Origin: a virus
Length of the DNA stretch: 23,700 bases
Strand: one strand, 5' to 3'
UHGV virus genome: UHGV-0302543
Below, piece by piece: positions 17,444-23,700 of the stretch. Positions within the stretch are counted from its first letter, which is position 1; the number at the start of each line of letters is the position of its first letter. Under the pieces are notes generated by a model. That model had not been told where the DNA came from, did no database searches, and saw only the letters and a program-made list of their open reading frames with translations. The translations under genes and the position numbers were made by a program.

Positions 17444-18024
17444 CAGACTTTACCCAACAGAATCCCCTTAATACGGGACTCAAGCTGTTCACTCATCCCG
17501 TCCACGCCGCGCAGCTCGTCGGTGACCGCGTTTGCCATCTCTTCAGCAAATGCGGCCCGGATTTCTTTTTCACGCTTAATGCTGCGCTCGGCGGCACTTT
17601 CCGCACGCTGTGCTGACAGGAGGATGTCTTTGATGAGGCGCATATCCACGTCGCTGTCGCTGTTCAGAGATTCGGTCGCGGCACGCAGGCGGCGGTACAT
17701 CAGGGCGCGGGACATTTCCAGAATCAGTGCAGTGGTTTCACCGGTTGGCTTGTCCCCCAGTTCGGCCATCATGGCTTTTGTCTGCTCGCGTAAATCACGC
17801 AGGTTACGGGCAATCAGCTCATTACGGGAGGCTTCCCGGCTGATGGCCGCCGGTGAAAGCTGCTGCTCTTCCGGCAGGCCCACCTCACGGATCAGACGGT
17901 TGATTTCCTCGCGGATCTGGACCTGCGTCAGACGTTTTTCACGCAGCATTTCCAGCAGCGGCTTACGGATGCTGTCGGGGAGCAAATCCACCTTGCGTAC
18001 ACGACCACGCGTCGGCTTGTCCAT
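17443..18024 (-). CDS. Mu gp27-like protein (DUF3486-like; putative terminase small subunit)
   Basis: 193 aa starting MDKPTRGRVRKVDLLPDSIRKPLLEML; AAGGGGG RBS; immediately upstream of the large terminase. Confidence 0.6.
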   Translation of the reverse strand: MDKPTRGRVRKVDLLPDSIRKPLLEMLREKRLTQVQIREEINRLIREVGLPEEQQLSPAAISREASRNELIARNLRDLREQTKAMMAELGDKPTGETTALILEMSRALMYRRLRAATESLNSDSDVDMRLIKDILLSAQRAESAAERSIKREKEIRAAFAEEMANAVTDELRGVDGMSEQLESRIKGILLGKV

Positions 18025-18026
18025 CG

Positions 18027-18317
18027 TTACCCCCTTGCGCGTGGTTTCTTCACACCCGGAACGCAGGCCCGGCCTTCCGCCACATCCTGCCCACGACCGG
18101 TCAGTTCCGCGATGAAATAACCGTTAATCAGAACGCGTTTGCGCACCAGTCCCTGCTCGGCAAGCCAGGCAATGTGGGTGTGAACGGTGTCGCGGGACAC
18201 GCGGTGGCCGTAATCATCCAGACAGTCCTGGAGCACGGATTCACCCAGTTCACCGTTGTAATCTGCCAGCGACCGCAGAATGACCAGACGCTGATCTTCA
18301 GTAATGAAATCACTCAT
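18027..18317 (-). CDS. hypothetical small protein, winged-helix-like (Mu gp26 position)
   Basis: 96 aa, ATG start, position only. Confidence 0.4.
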   Translation of the reverse strand: MSDFITEDQRLVILRSLADYNGELGESVLQDCLDDYGHRVSRDTVHTHIAWLAEQGLVRKRVLINGYFIAELTGRGQDVAEGRACVPGVKKPRARG

Positions 18318-18622
18318 TGCGTTTTTTTCCTTACAGCCTGCTCCAGCAGCAGTTCGTTCTGATAGGAGACAGAGCGGAGCGTGGCGTTCGTGGTTTTCAG
18401 TTCACCCCGCAGGGTCACGATTTCCACATTCAGACGGTTGACCTCGGCTTCTGTCGGCAGTGACGACAGGCGGGTTTCCACCTTCTCAACGCGGTCGGAG
18501 AGTTTTTCAAAGGCCTCGCGGGGGACAAACGTTTTGCGCATCAGCGCCATGAATATCCCGCCAGCGGTTGCCGTCGCCGAAAGGATCGGCACAACATAAT
18601 CTTTAACGATGCTGACCCACAT
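18314..18622 (-). CDS. Mu gp25-like membrane protein (DUF2730-like); candidate releasin for the SAR endolysin
   Basis: 102 aa; N-terminal hydrophobic helix VVPILSATATAGGIFMALM followed by a coiled-coil-like region; position in the lysis cassette. Confidence 0.5.
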   Translation of the reverse strand: MWVSIVKDYVVPILSATATAGGIFMALMRKTFVPREAFEKLSDRVEKVETRLSSLPTEAEVNRLNVEIVTLRGELKTTNATLRSVSYQNELLLEQAVRKKTQ

Positions 18623-18827
18623 GACGTGCCTCCATGATGTTCTGGCAGTTCACACAACGGATGGCATCCGGCACAGCAACAAGACGTGCGGCGGGGATCT
18701 CTCCGCCACAGTCTGCGCAGACACGTCTGCCCGGAGCATCCATTGCCCGGCGCTTACGTGTCAGCCGGTTACAAAGGGCGCGTTCTGATCCCCGCTCCAT
18801 CACAGCCTGAGCACGATCTGAATCATC
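18603..18827 (-). CDS. TraR/DksA-family C4 zinc-finger protein
   Basis: CADCGGEIPAARLVAVPDAIRCVNCQ C4 motif; start trimmed to the internal ATG preceded by AAGGAAAAAGG (track ORF began at an upstream TTG). Confidence 0.75.
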   Translation of the reverse strand, partial: DDSDRAQAVMERGSERALCNRLTRKRRAMDAPGRRVCADCGGEIPAARLVAVPDAIRCVNCQNIMEARHVGQHR

Positions 18828-18840
18828 CATACCTTTTTCC

Positions 18841-19212
18841 TTACTTCGTCTTTCCTGCCGGAACAGCAGGCGTTCCGGCCATATCAGTAAATTCATGTTG
18901 TCGCCGCGCCTCCAGACGACGAATACTGGCCTTGTCCACGTTGCAGTTCTTGATCACCGCCAGCAGTTGCAGGTTGTAAGTGACCGATGCCCCAAACGTG
19001 AACGGCTCCGGCGCAGGAGGCACCAGGCAGTCAGCCAGCCATTCAGCGGGGATCGGCACCGGCTTCACAGGCACGTATTTCACAGACGGCCCGGCGCACC
19101 CGATCAGCCACATCATCAGGAACAGGGGCAGAGGCCGCAGGCACTGCTGCCAGCGACCGGCGGACAACGCTCTGCTGCCCCTCGCTGTGCTGAATGTTCT
19201 GTTGTTTTTCAT
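18841..19212 (-). CDS. o-spanin (Rz1-like outer-membrane lipoprotein), overlapping the 3' end of the i-spanin gene in another frame
   Basis: Signal peptide with lipobox LIGC (…PLPLFLMMWLIGCAGPS…), Pro-rich mature region; start chosen at the internal Met of track ORF 18841..19323. Confidence 0.55.
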   Translation of the reverse strand: MKNNRTFSTARGSRALSAGRWQQCLRPLPLFLMMWLIGCAGPSVKYVPVKPVPIPAEWLADCLVPPAPEPFTFGASVTYNLQLLAVIKNCNVDKASIRRLEARRQHEFTDMAGTPAVPAGKTK

Positions 19213-19543
19213 TCGTGGCCGCCTCACTGATTTGTGAAATGAGTTGCAGGGTGCGTTGCTGGTTTGCCAGCACCAGACGGGCTTCGTCCCGTTCGCGCAC
19301 AAGCACATGATTATTGTCCTCAAGGCGCTGCGTCTTCTGGTGCATTCCCCATACCACGGCAGCCAGCACGCTCATCACCCCCAGCGCCGCCATACAGCCT
19401 CCGGCAATCAGGGCCGGTAAGGGATTATTCACCGCAGCCACAGCACACCCCGCAGCAGCACAACGGCACACAGCAGCGCAATCATGAGCGGTCGCCAGAA
19501 GCGGTTCAGACTTTCGGCAAATCGTAGCGACATAACCATTCAT
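19043..19543 (-). CDS. i-spanin (Rz-like); start codon uncertain
   Basis: Hydrophobic TM segment ALIAGGCMAALGVMSVLAAVVWG followed by a long coiled-coil-like periplasmic region with C-terminal cysteines; overlaps the endolysin 3' end. Confidence 0.55.
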   Translation of the reverse strand: MNGYVATICRKSEPLLATAHDCAAVCRCAAAGCAVAAVNNPLPALIAGGCMAALGVMSVLAAVVWGMHQKTQRLEDNNHVLVRERDEARLVLANQQRTLQLISQISEAATNEKQQNIQHSEGQQSVVRRSLAAVPAASAPVPDDVADRVRRAVCEIRACEAGADPR

Positions 19544-20006
19544 CCGCCGAACGGCGGGCCTCAAGACCGGGGAGTTTCACCCCCTTCGAATAAATCCAGC
19601 GGATGTACTGCTTACAGGACGCGGGCATCTGCCCGGCATTGATCAGGCGCAGAAGCGTGGAGTTGCGGAAGTTCGTTTCACCAGCCCAGAAGATCCACGA
19701 AGCCAGCGCCACCGTCTGACCACGGGTAAGCGGCACCTGAACACGCCGATCAATGGCCGCAAAGGCCCATTTCATGTCCTTTTCCAGTAGTTCCAGGCAT
19801 TCTTCATCCGTCAGGGTCATACCCGGTTTCACATCCGGGCCGGTATGGCCGTAACAGATGGTTGGTGTACCGGTGGGATCGATATACGTGGAGTTTTCTT
19901 TCCCTTCCCAGTAACCGGTGTAATGCGTGGTAATGGTGAACGTCCCGGCACCGGCCAGAACAAGGGCAATCAGCTTTTTACGCAGTGGTGCGGGGAGTTT
20001 TGGCAT
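19506..20006 (-). CDS. SAR endolysin (phage lysozyme with N-terminal signal-anchor-release domain, phage 21 R-like)
   Basis: N-terminal hydrophobic LIALVLAGAGTFTITT followed by the lysozyme core motifs EGKENSTYIDPTGTPTICYGHTG and TLLRLIN. Confidence 0.85.
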   Translation of the reverse strand: MPKLPAPLRKKLIALVLAGAGTFTITTHYTGYWEGKENSTYIDPTGTPTICYGHTGPDVKPGMTLTDEECLELLEKDMKWAFAAIDRRVQVPLTRGQTVALASWIFWAGETNFRNSTLLRLINAGQMPASCKQYIRWIYSKGVKLPGLEARRSADEWLCRYDLPKV

Positions 20007-20007
20007 T

Positions 20008-20045
20008 GTTACGCTGTCTCATGATGTTCTCTGAGTCAGCGTAAC
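20008..20045. promoter_or_regulatory. 9-bp inverted repeat gttacgctg / cagcgtaac with 20-nt spacer abutting the endolysin start codon
   Basis: Read directly in the 71-nt mor-lys intergenic region; the 3' arm (on the minus strand) ends 1 nt before the lys ATG. Confidence 0.35.
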
Positions 20046-20077
20046 GGTGAAGGAAAGGCGGCAGGCTTTGCGGAATA

Positions 20078-20500
20078 TCAGAAAAGTGGCGGTTGCGTTC
20101 TTGCCAGATGCAGACGGCGCTGTTCGCGTATGACGGTATAAATCTGGGTTTCTGACATCCTGTAATGGCGGCGCAGGGTTTCAATTTTTTCGCCCTGGCT
20201 CCAGCGGGAAAAAATCTCATTATTGCGCAGTTCGGTGAAAAGGGATTCACCGACCGGGAGATAATAACCACGCCCGCCCATGTACCCGGCCTGTGCGGCC
20301 GCAACTTTACGGGCAAGCATTCCTGCCTGAGCAGGTTCAATCCCCTGACGGTGCAGTTCAGCACTGATCACATCAACCAGGTCCCGCAGCGTGCCGGGCC
20401 AGTTCTTTTTCAGCTCATCATCAGGAATGTCATCCAGACGGTCAATCAGCGCGTGCAGCTGTTCGCTGTCACCAAACATGCTCATCTGTGTTTCAGCCAT
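20078..20500 (-). CDS. mor: Mor/C-family transcriptional activator of middle/late genes
   Basis: 140 aa; C-terminal HTH region TLRRHYRMSETQIYTVIREQ typical of the Mor family; located between gemA-like and lysis genes. Confidence 0.8.
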   Translation of the reverse strand: MAETQMSMFGDSEQLHALIDRLDDIPDDELKKNWPGTLRDLVDVISAELHRQGIEPAQAGMLARKVAAAQAGYMGGRGYYLPVGESLFTELRNNEIFSRWSQGEKIETLRRHYRMSETQIYTVIREQRRLHLARTQPPLF

Positions 20501-20527
20501 ACCCGCCTCCGGTCATCATTACACAGG

Positions 20528-20566
20528 GCAAGTTTAAAATAAAAATCCCGCGCTGTGGCGGGATTT
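20528..20566 (-). terminator. rho-independent terminator (minus strand) immediately upstream of mor; equivalent position to the Mu early terminator
   Basis: 9-bp stem aaatcccgc/gcgggattt with 6-nt loop; on the minus strand followed by TTTTTATTTTAAA. Confidence 0.6.
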
Positions 20567-20840
20567 AGAGGCGCTGTAAATCATAACCCGAAATGAGCTG
20601 TGTATTTATTGATCATTTTCCGGTGTAACTATATGATAAAGATCGTTTTTATTTTTAAAAATACAAACCCTGAAGGAGTTTTTCTTATCAAAAAGCTTGT
20701 GCATATTGCGGGTTATTGTTGTTTCATCAACATGAAAACCAATTATCCCAACTCTTAAAGCACACCAGGCTTGCTCCAGTGCAAAAACAAATAATTTCAG
20801 TCTGCCTGACAGCGTTCCACCGGAATAAAGGAAGATATCC

Positions 20841-21101
20841 ATGAAACAACCTCCATCTTTGCTTTTATCGTGCCCACCAGAACTGGCCCATGAACTCAAT
20901 GATCTGGCGAAAGAGTATAAACTTACAAATCATAATATAGAAGCAGCAACACTTAGTGCTGCCGGAAGCGATATTGTATTGATCGTTCTGGCCGCAGCTT
21001 CATGCGATGGGTTCTGGCAGGCATTAGCCAGTATGTTTCAGACGTGGTTACATCGTAAACCAACAAAACAAACACCCCCCGGAAAAGAAAGTTATTCGTA
21101 G
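20841..21101 (+). CDS. hypothetical protein of AT-rich moron, upstream part (ORF split at a C6 tract; +1 frame continues to the stop at 21262-21264)
   Basis: AAGGAAG RBS 7 nt upstream of the ATG; plus-strand orientation opposite to the phage genes; low-GC codon usage; the +1 frame reads ...VIRSVIVRSWEHYQETTKQTEFYNFDADELAKLIALYEKPDETIGCIIPSETEIQEK with no start codon of its own. Confidence 0.5.
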   Translation: MKQPPSLLLSCPPELAHELNDLAKEYKLTNHNIEAATLSAAGSDIVLIVLAAASCDGFWQALASMFQTWLHRKPTKQTPPGKESYS

Positions 21102-21249
21102 CGTCATTGTTCGTAGCTGGGAACACTATCAGGAGACAACTAAACAAACTGAATTTTATAACTTTGATGCTGATGAGCTGGCTAAATTGATAGCGTTATA
21201 TGAAAAACCAGATGAAACAATTGGTTGCATAATCCCGTCAGAAACGGAA

Positions 21250-21287
21250 ATTCAGGAAAAATAAAATCCCGCACTGTGGCGGGATTT
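21250..21287. terminator. second copy of the terminator hairpin (aaatcccgc-actgtg-gcgggattt), directly after the gemA-like stop on the minus strand and after the moron ORF on the plus strand
   Basis: Same stem as at 20543..20566 with one loop difference; A-run on one side and T-run on the other, so potentially bidirectional. Confidence 0.6.
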
Positions 21288-21290
21288 GGG

Positions 21291-21800
21291 TTAACAGGGG
21301 AATGATTTTTCATACAGCCTGCAAACGCGCTCATAACTCATCACTGCACGCTCCGACATATCCAGGGCTGCCAGCATTTTGCGGCGGTGCCAGCGTTTGA
21401 GACGCTCCAGCACATCAGAGGCCAGCTCGGGGTGTTGCTCCAGCCACTGCCAGTTAGCCACACCTTCGCCGCCGTTCTGCGTGGCCGTCTGCGATTTCAC
21501 CCAGCGGTTAAGGGCCGTTTCCGCACCATCAGAAATAAAGCCCTGCCGGTGCATCACTTTCCAGATGGCGCGAATTTTGGCGGTCACCGTACCCGGCTTT
21601 AAGGCCCGGTTAACCGGTTTCTGACGCACTTTAAAACCGCGTTTTTTGAAAACATCCAGTACGCGGGATAACTCATCCGGTGACATATCCCGGCAACTGG
21701 CTTTACCGGTGGCTGCCAGCAGTGCGGATGTATAGGTTTCATCATCCAGAGCAAGCTCGCGTTTTGCCACATGAATGGCAGATATCAGTTTTCCTCTCAT
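21291..21800 (-). CDS. gemA: GemA-like protein (Mu gp16 family)
   Basis: 169 aa starting MRGKLISAIHVAKRELALDDETYTSALLAATGKASCRDMSPDELSRVLDVFKKRGF, matching the conserved GemA/gp16 N-terminal pattern. Confidence 0.75.
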   Translation of the reverse strand: MRGKLISAIHVAKRELALDDETYTSALLAATGKASCRDMSPDELSRVLDVFKKRGFKVRQKPVNRALKPGTVTAKIRAIWKVMHRQGFISDGAETALNRWVKSQTATQNGGEGVANWQWLEQHPELASDVLERLKRWHRRKMLAALDMSERAVMSYERVCRLYEKSFPC

Positions 21801-22108
21801 ACCGTATTTACCTTTTTACGGACATGGAAAGCCTTTTCTGGCTCATTCCACCGGATATGATGCGTTGGCGGAATAATCATTATGTGCCAGCCATCTCTGG
21901 TTGTTATTCGGCAGAAAAACTCACCGCTGTATAACACAATGGCCTGCTGAATAAGCGCATCCGCAGCCAGCTCAAGCAGATATCTTTTATCAAAAAGGCT
22001 GATAATTTTCCGGCATAACCACCGGGTGATAACAAATGCGCCGAAAAACGATGTGATATATAAACACCAGAACAGCAGAGAAATATTGTCCGTTATTTGC
22101 TCATCCAT
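21797..22108 (-). CDS. hypothetical small membrane protein (early region)
   Basis: 103 aa with N-terminal hydrophobic helix LLFWCLYITSFFGAFVI; somewhat AT-rich. Confidence 0.4.
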   Translation of the reverse strand: MDEQITDNISLLFWCLYITSFFGAFVITRWLCRKIISLFDKRYLLELAADALIQQAIVLYSGEFFCRITTRDGWHIMIIPPTHHIRWNEPEKAFHVRKKVNTV

Positions 22109-22121
22109 TGTGTATCTCCCG

Positions 22122-22433
22122 TCATTCCGGTAAAGCTGAAATATGGCACCAGTGCGTCACCTGTCCGTCATCATCTTCAAGGCAGGCTCCGGTTTCTTCA
22201 TCAATAAAAAAGCCTTCATACCCCATATGGCCGATGCGCAGTTCCTGTTGGTCACCATACTGAACAATCAGCACGACAGCCTCCATATCAGGCGGAAATG
22301 CGTCATCCAGTGAATGCCAGGGATAACCGCGCAAATCCCCGAAATAAACACCGGTCAGCGTTCCGCCACAAACCGACATTCCGGCGGCACATACCAGAGG
22401 CTCGTCTGATTCAACAAATAATGTCGTTATCAT
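22122..22433 (-). CDS. hypothetical protein, DUF551-like C-terminus
   Basis: 103 aa; C-terminal GQVTHWCHISALPE resembles the DUF551 VTHW..LP motif. Confidence 0.4.
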   Translation of the reverse strand: MITTLFVESDEPLVCAAGMSVCGGTLTGVYFGDLRGYPWHSLDDAFPPDMEAVVLIVQYGDQQELRIGHMGYEGFFIDEETGACLEDDDGQVTHWCHISALPE

Positions 22434-22981
22434 GGCATTAACTCCCGTAATACAACATCTTCGGCAGTCCGGCGATGGTGATAAATAAAATTTACCGTAC
22501 TCTCGGATAATTCAAATTTCTCGCCTATTTCCCGGAAGGTAAGACGTCGTGGTGATTCAGCATCCCGTAATTCACGAATAAGACGAACATCATCATCAGA
22601 TATACGGGTGAAGGGCAGCAATTCTCCGTATTTTTTCATGCTTACGCCAATATATCGCGCCCGATTGTGGACAGAATCCCGGTCTCGCCCCAGATATTCT
22701 CCTATTTGCTTACCGGTCATCGTTCTGGCATTTTTTCGGATAAATTTATCTTCATCATGTTTAAATCTTGGACGTTTGCATTTGAGCAACTCCGGGTAAG
22801 TGCCGCGTAATAAAACAATCCGGTTATGTACACCCCAGAAACTTCTTTTTACCCTGACAGCAATATCCTTAACCGGGGTGGATGGATAAAGCGCAATCAG
22901 CAGTGCATCTTCTTCAGGTGTCCACGCACGGACATGAGCGGGTGCACGGCCTTTTCTCCCCATGGGTTGTAATTTCATCAT
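22430..22981 (-). CDS. hypothetical DNA-binding protein (SANT/Myb-like WTPEEDALL repeat and C-terminal HTH-like region)
   Basis: 183 aa; motifs WTPEEDALLIALYP and LTFREIGEKFELSESTV; stop/start overlap with neighbours. Confidence 0.4.
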   Translation of the reverse strand: MMKLQPMGRKGRAPAHVRAWTPEEDALLIALYPSTPVKDIAVRVKRSFWGVHNRIVLLRGTYPELLKCKRPRFKHDEDKFIRKNARTMTGKQIGEYLGRDRDSVHNRARYIGVSMKKYGELLPFTRISDDDVRLIRELRDAESPRRLTFREIGEKFELSESTVNFIYHHRRTAEDVVLRELMP

Positions 22982-22984
22982 GCA

Positions 22985-23500
22985 TCACCCCCTGACTCGC
23001 TTTTCGGCAGCATAAAACTCATCAGGCAGAATTTCGGTCATTCTCTGTTTTGCGGGTTTTACGCCGCACTGGAGATAAATCACATCGTCAACGCAGAACC
23101 ACTTCACGGGACCATGCAATATTGCTGAGAAGTCAATGCCCAGCCAGAACAACAGCGCATCGGTTCTGGCATACGTGACGGGCGAATATTCACGCCACAG
23201 ACTGTTAAGTTCGTCAGAGGCAACGCGCAGGGCTTTGGGAATACGTGATGTGCGCGGTGTGCAGCTCCAGCCATTCGACGCAGTCGGTTTTCGCCATAAG
23301 TCGCGATGAAAAGGATATTTGTCATCCATAAAGCGCAGCCCTTTAAAACAAAAGCCACTGATACCGGATACAAATACCGACCGGCACGCAACATTCAGCA
23401 CGGCCTCAAGGCGTTTTGCCTCATCCTTAACTTTCTGGCAGTCCTGCTGATATTTTTGCCACGCGGCCAGCGCGGAAGGGTTTGATGTTTTAAAGAACAT
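22985..23500 (-). CDS. hypothetical early-region protein
   Basis: 171 aa ORF with ATG start overlapping the stop of the upstream ORF (TAATG); no recognisable motif. Confidence 0.4.
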   Translation of the reverse strand: MFFKTSNPSALAAWQKYQQDCQKVKDEAKRLEAVLNVACRSVFVSGISGFCFKGLRFMDDKYPFHRDLWRKPTASNGWSCTPRTSRIPKALRVASDELNSLWREYSPVTYARTDALLFWLGIDFSAILHGPVKWFCVDDVIYLQCGVKPAKQRMTEILPDEFYAAEKRVRG

Positions 23501-23688
23501 TACGCCACCTCCGCAGATATCCCGGCAGGCGCGGCCGTCCGGTCAACAATCAGGTAACGCAGAACGCGCGAGGTGATATTCCAGCCGCTTAAACCGCAGA
23601 TAATGACACCCAGGCGTATGTCGATATACGCCATCACAAACTGGGGAACGCCTTCTTTCATGGCCTGCTCATCAACTTCAGCCACCAC
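23500..23688 (-). CDS. hypothetical small early-region protein
   Basis: 62 aa ORF, translationally coupled to the downstream gene; start assignment uncertain near the window edge. Confidence 0.3.
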   Translation of the reverse strand: MVAEVDEQAMKEGVPQFVMAYIDIRLGVIICGLSGWNITSRVLRYLIVDRTAAPAGISAEVA

Positions 23689-23700
23689 ATAAACGGTTTC

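Larger units (their letters stand above)
1..23700 (-). mobile_element. Mu-like (transposable phage) prophage, late region and early/middle boundary; neither prophage end is in the window
   Basis: Collinear minus-strand gene order matching phage Mu (gemA, mor, lys, terminase, portal, F, G, I, T, sheath, tube, tape measure, gp43-47); tight packing with overlapping stop/start codons. Confidence 0.8.

Noticed and set aside
20606-20899. Minus-strand 97-aa ORF inside the AT-rich moron
   Set aside because: Overlaps the better-supported plus-strand ORF and its RBS; no convincing start or RBS of its own; likely a shadow ORF in AT-rich DNA.

Overview
The window is the late (virion morphogenesis and lysis) region plus the early/middle boundary of a Mu-like transposable prophage. 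Essentially all genes are on the minus strand in canonical Mu order, from high to low coordinates: early accessory ORFs, gemA-like, an AT-rich moron, Mor/C activator, SAR endolysin, spanins, TraR/DksA zinc finger, gp25-like membrane protein, gp26/gp27-like, large terminase, portal, F, G, protease/scaffold I, major head T, gp35-38, tail sheath, tail tube, chaperone, tape measure, gp43, gp44, gp45, gp46 and the start of gp47. Calls are from reading the six-frame translations against remembered family signatures; no database search was run. The main anomalies are two (probably three) segments of about 300 bp inside essential virion genes (tape measure, gp37, and likely the gp46/gp47 junction) that sit in inverted orientation. 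Two of them are bracketed by perfect inverted duplications, and undoing the inversion in silico restores full-length ORFs of the expected size. A second anomaly is an AT-rich plus-strand moron inserted between gemA and mor, bracketed by two copies of a terminator hairpin, whose ORF is split at a C6 homopolymer. Coordinates for CDSs follow the supplied ORF track; coordinates for repeats and hairpins were counted by hand and may be off by 1-2 bp.
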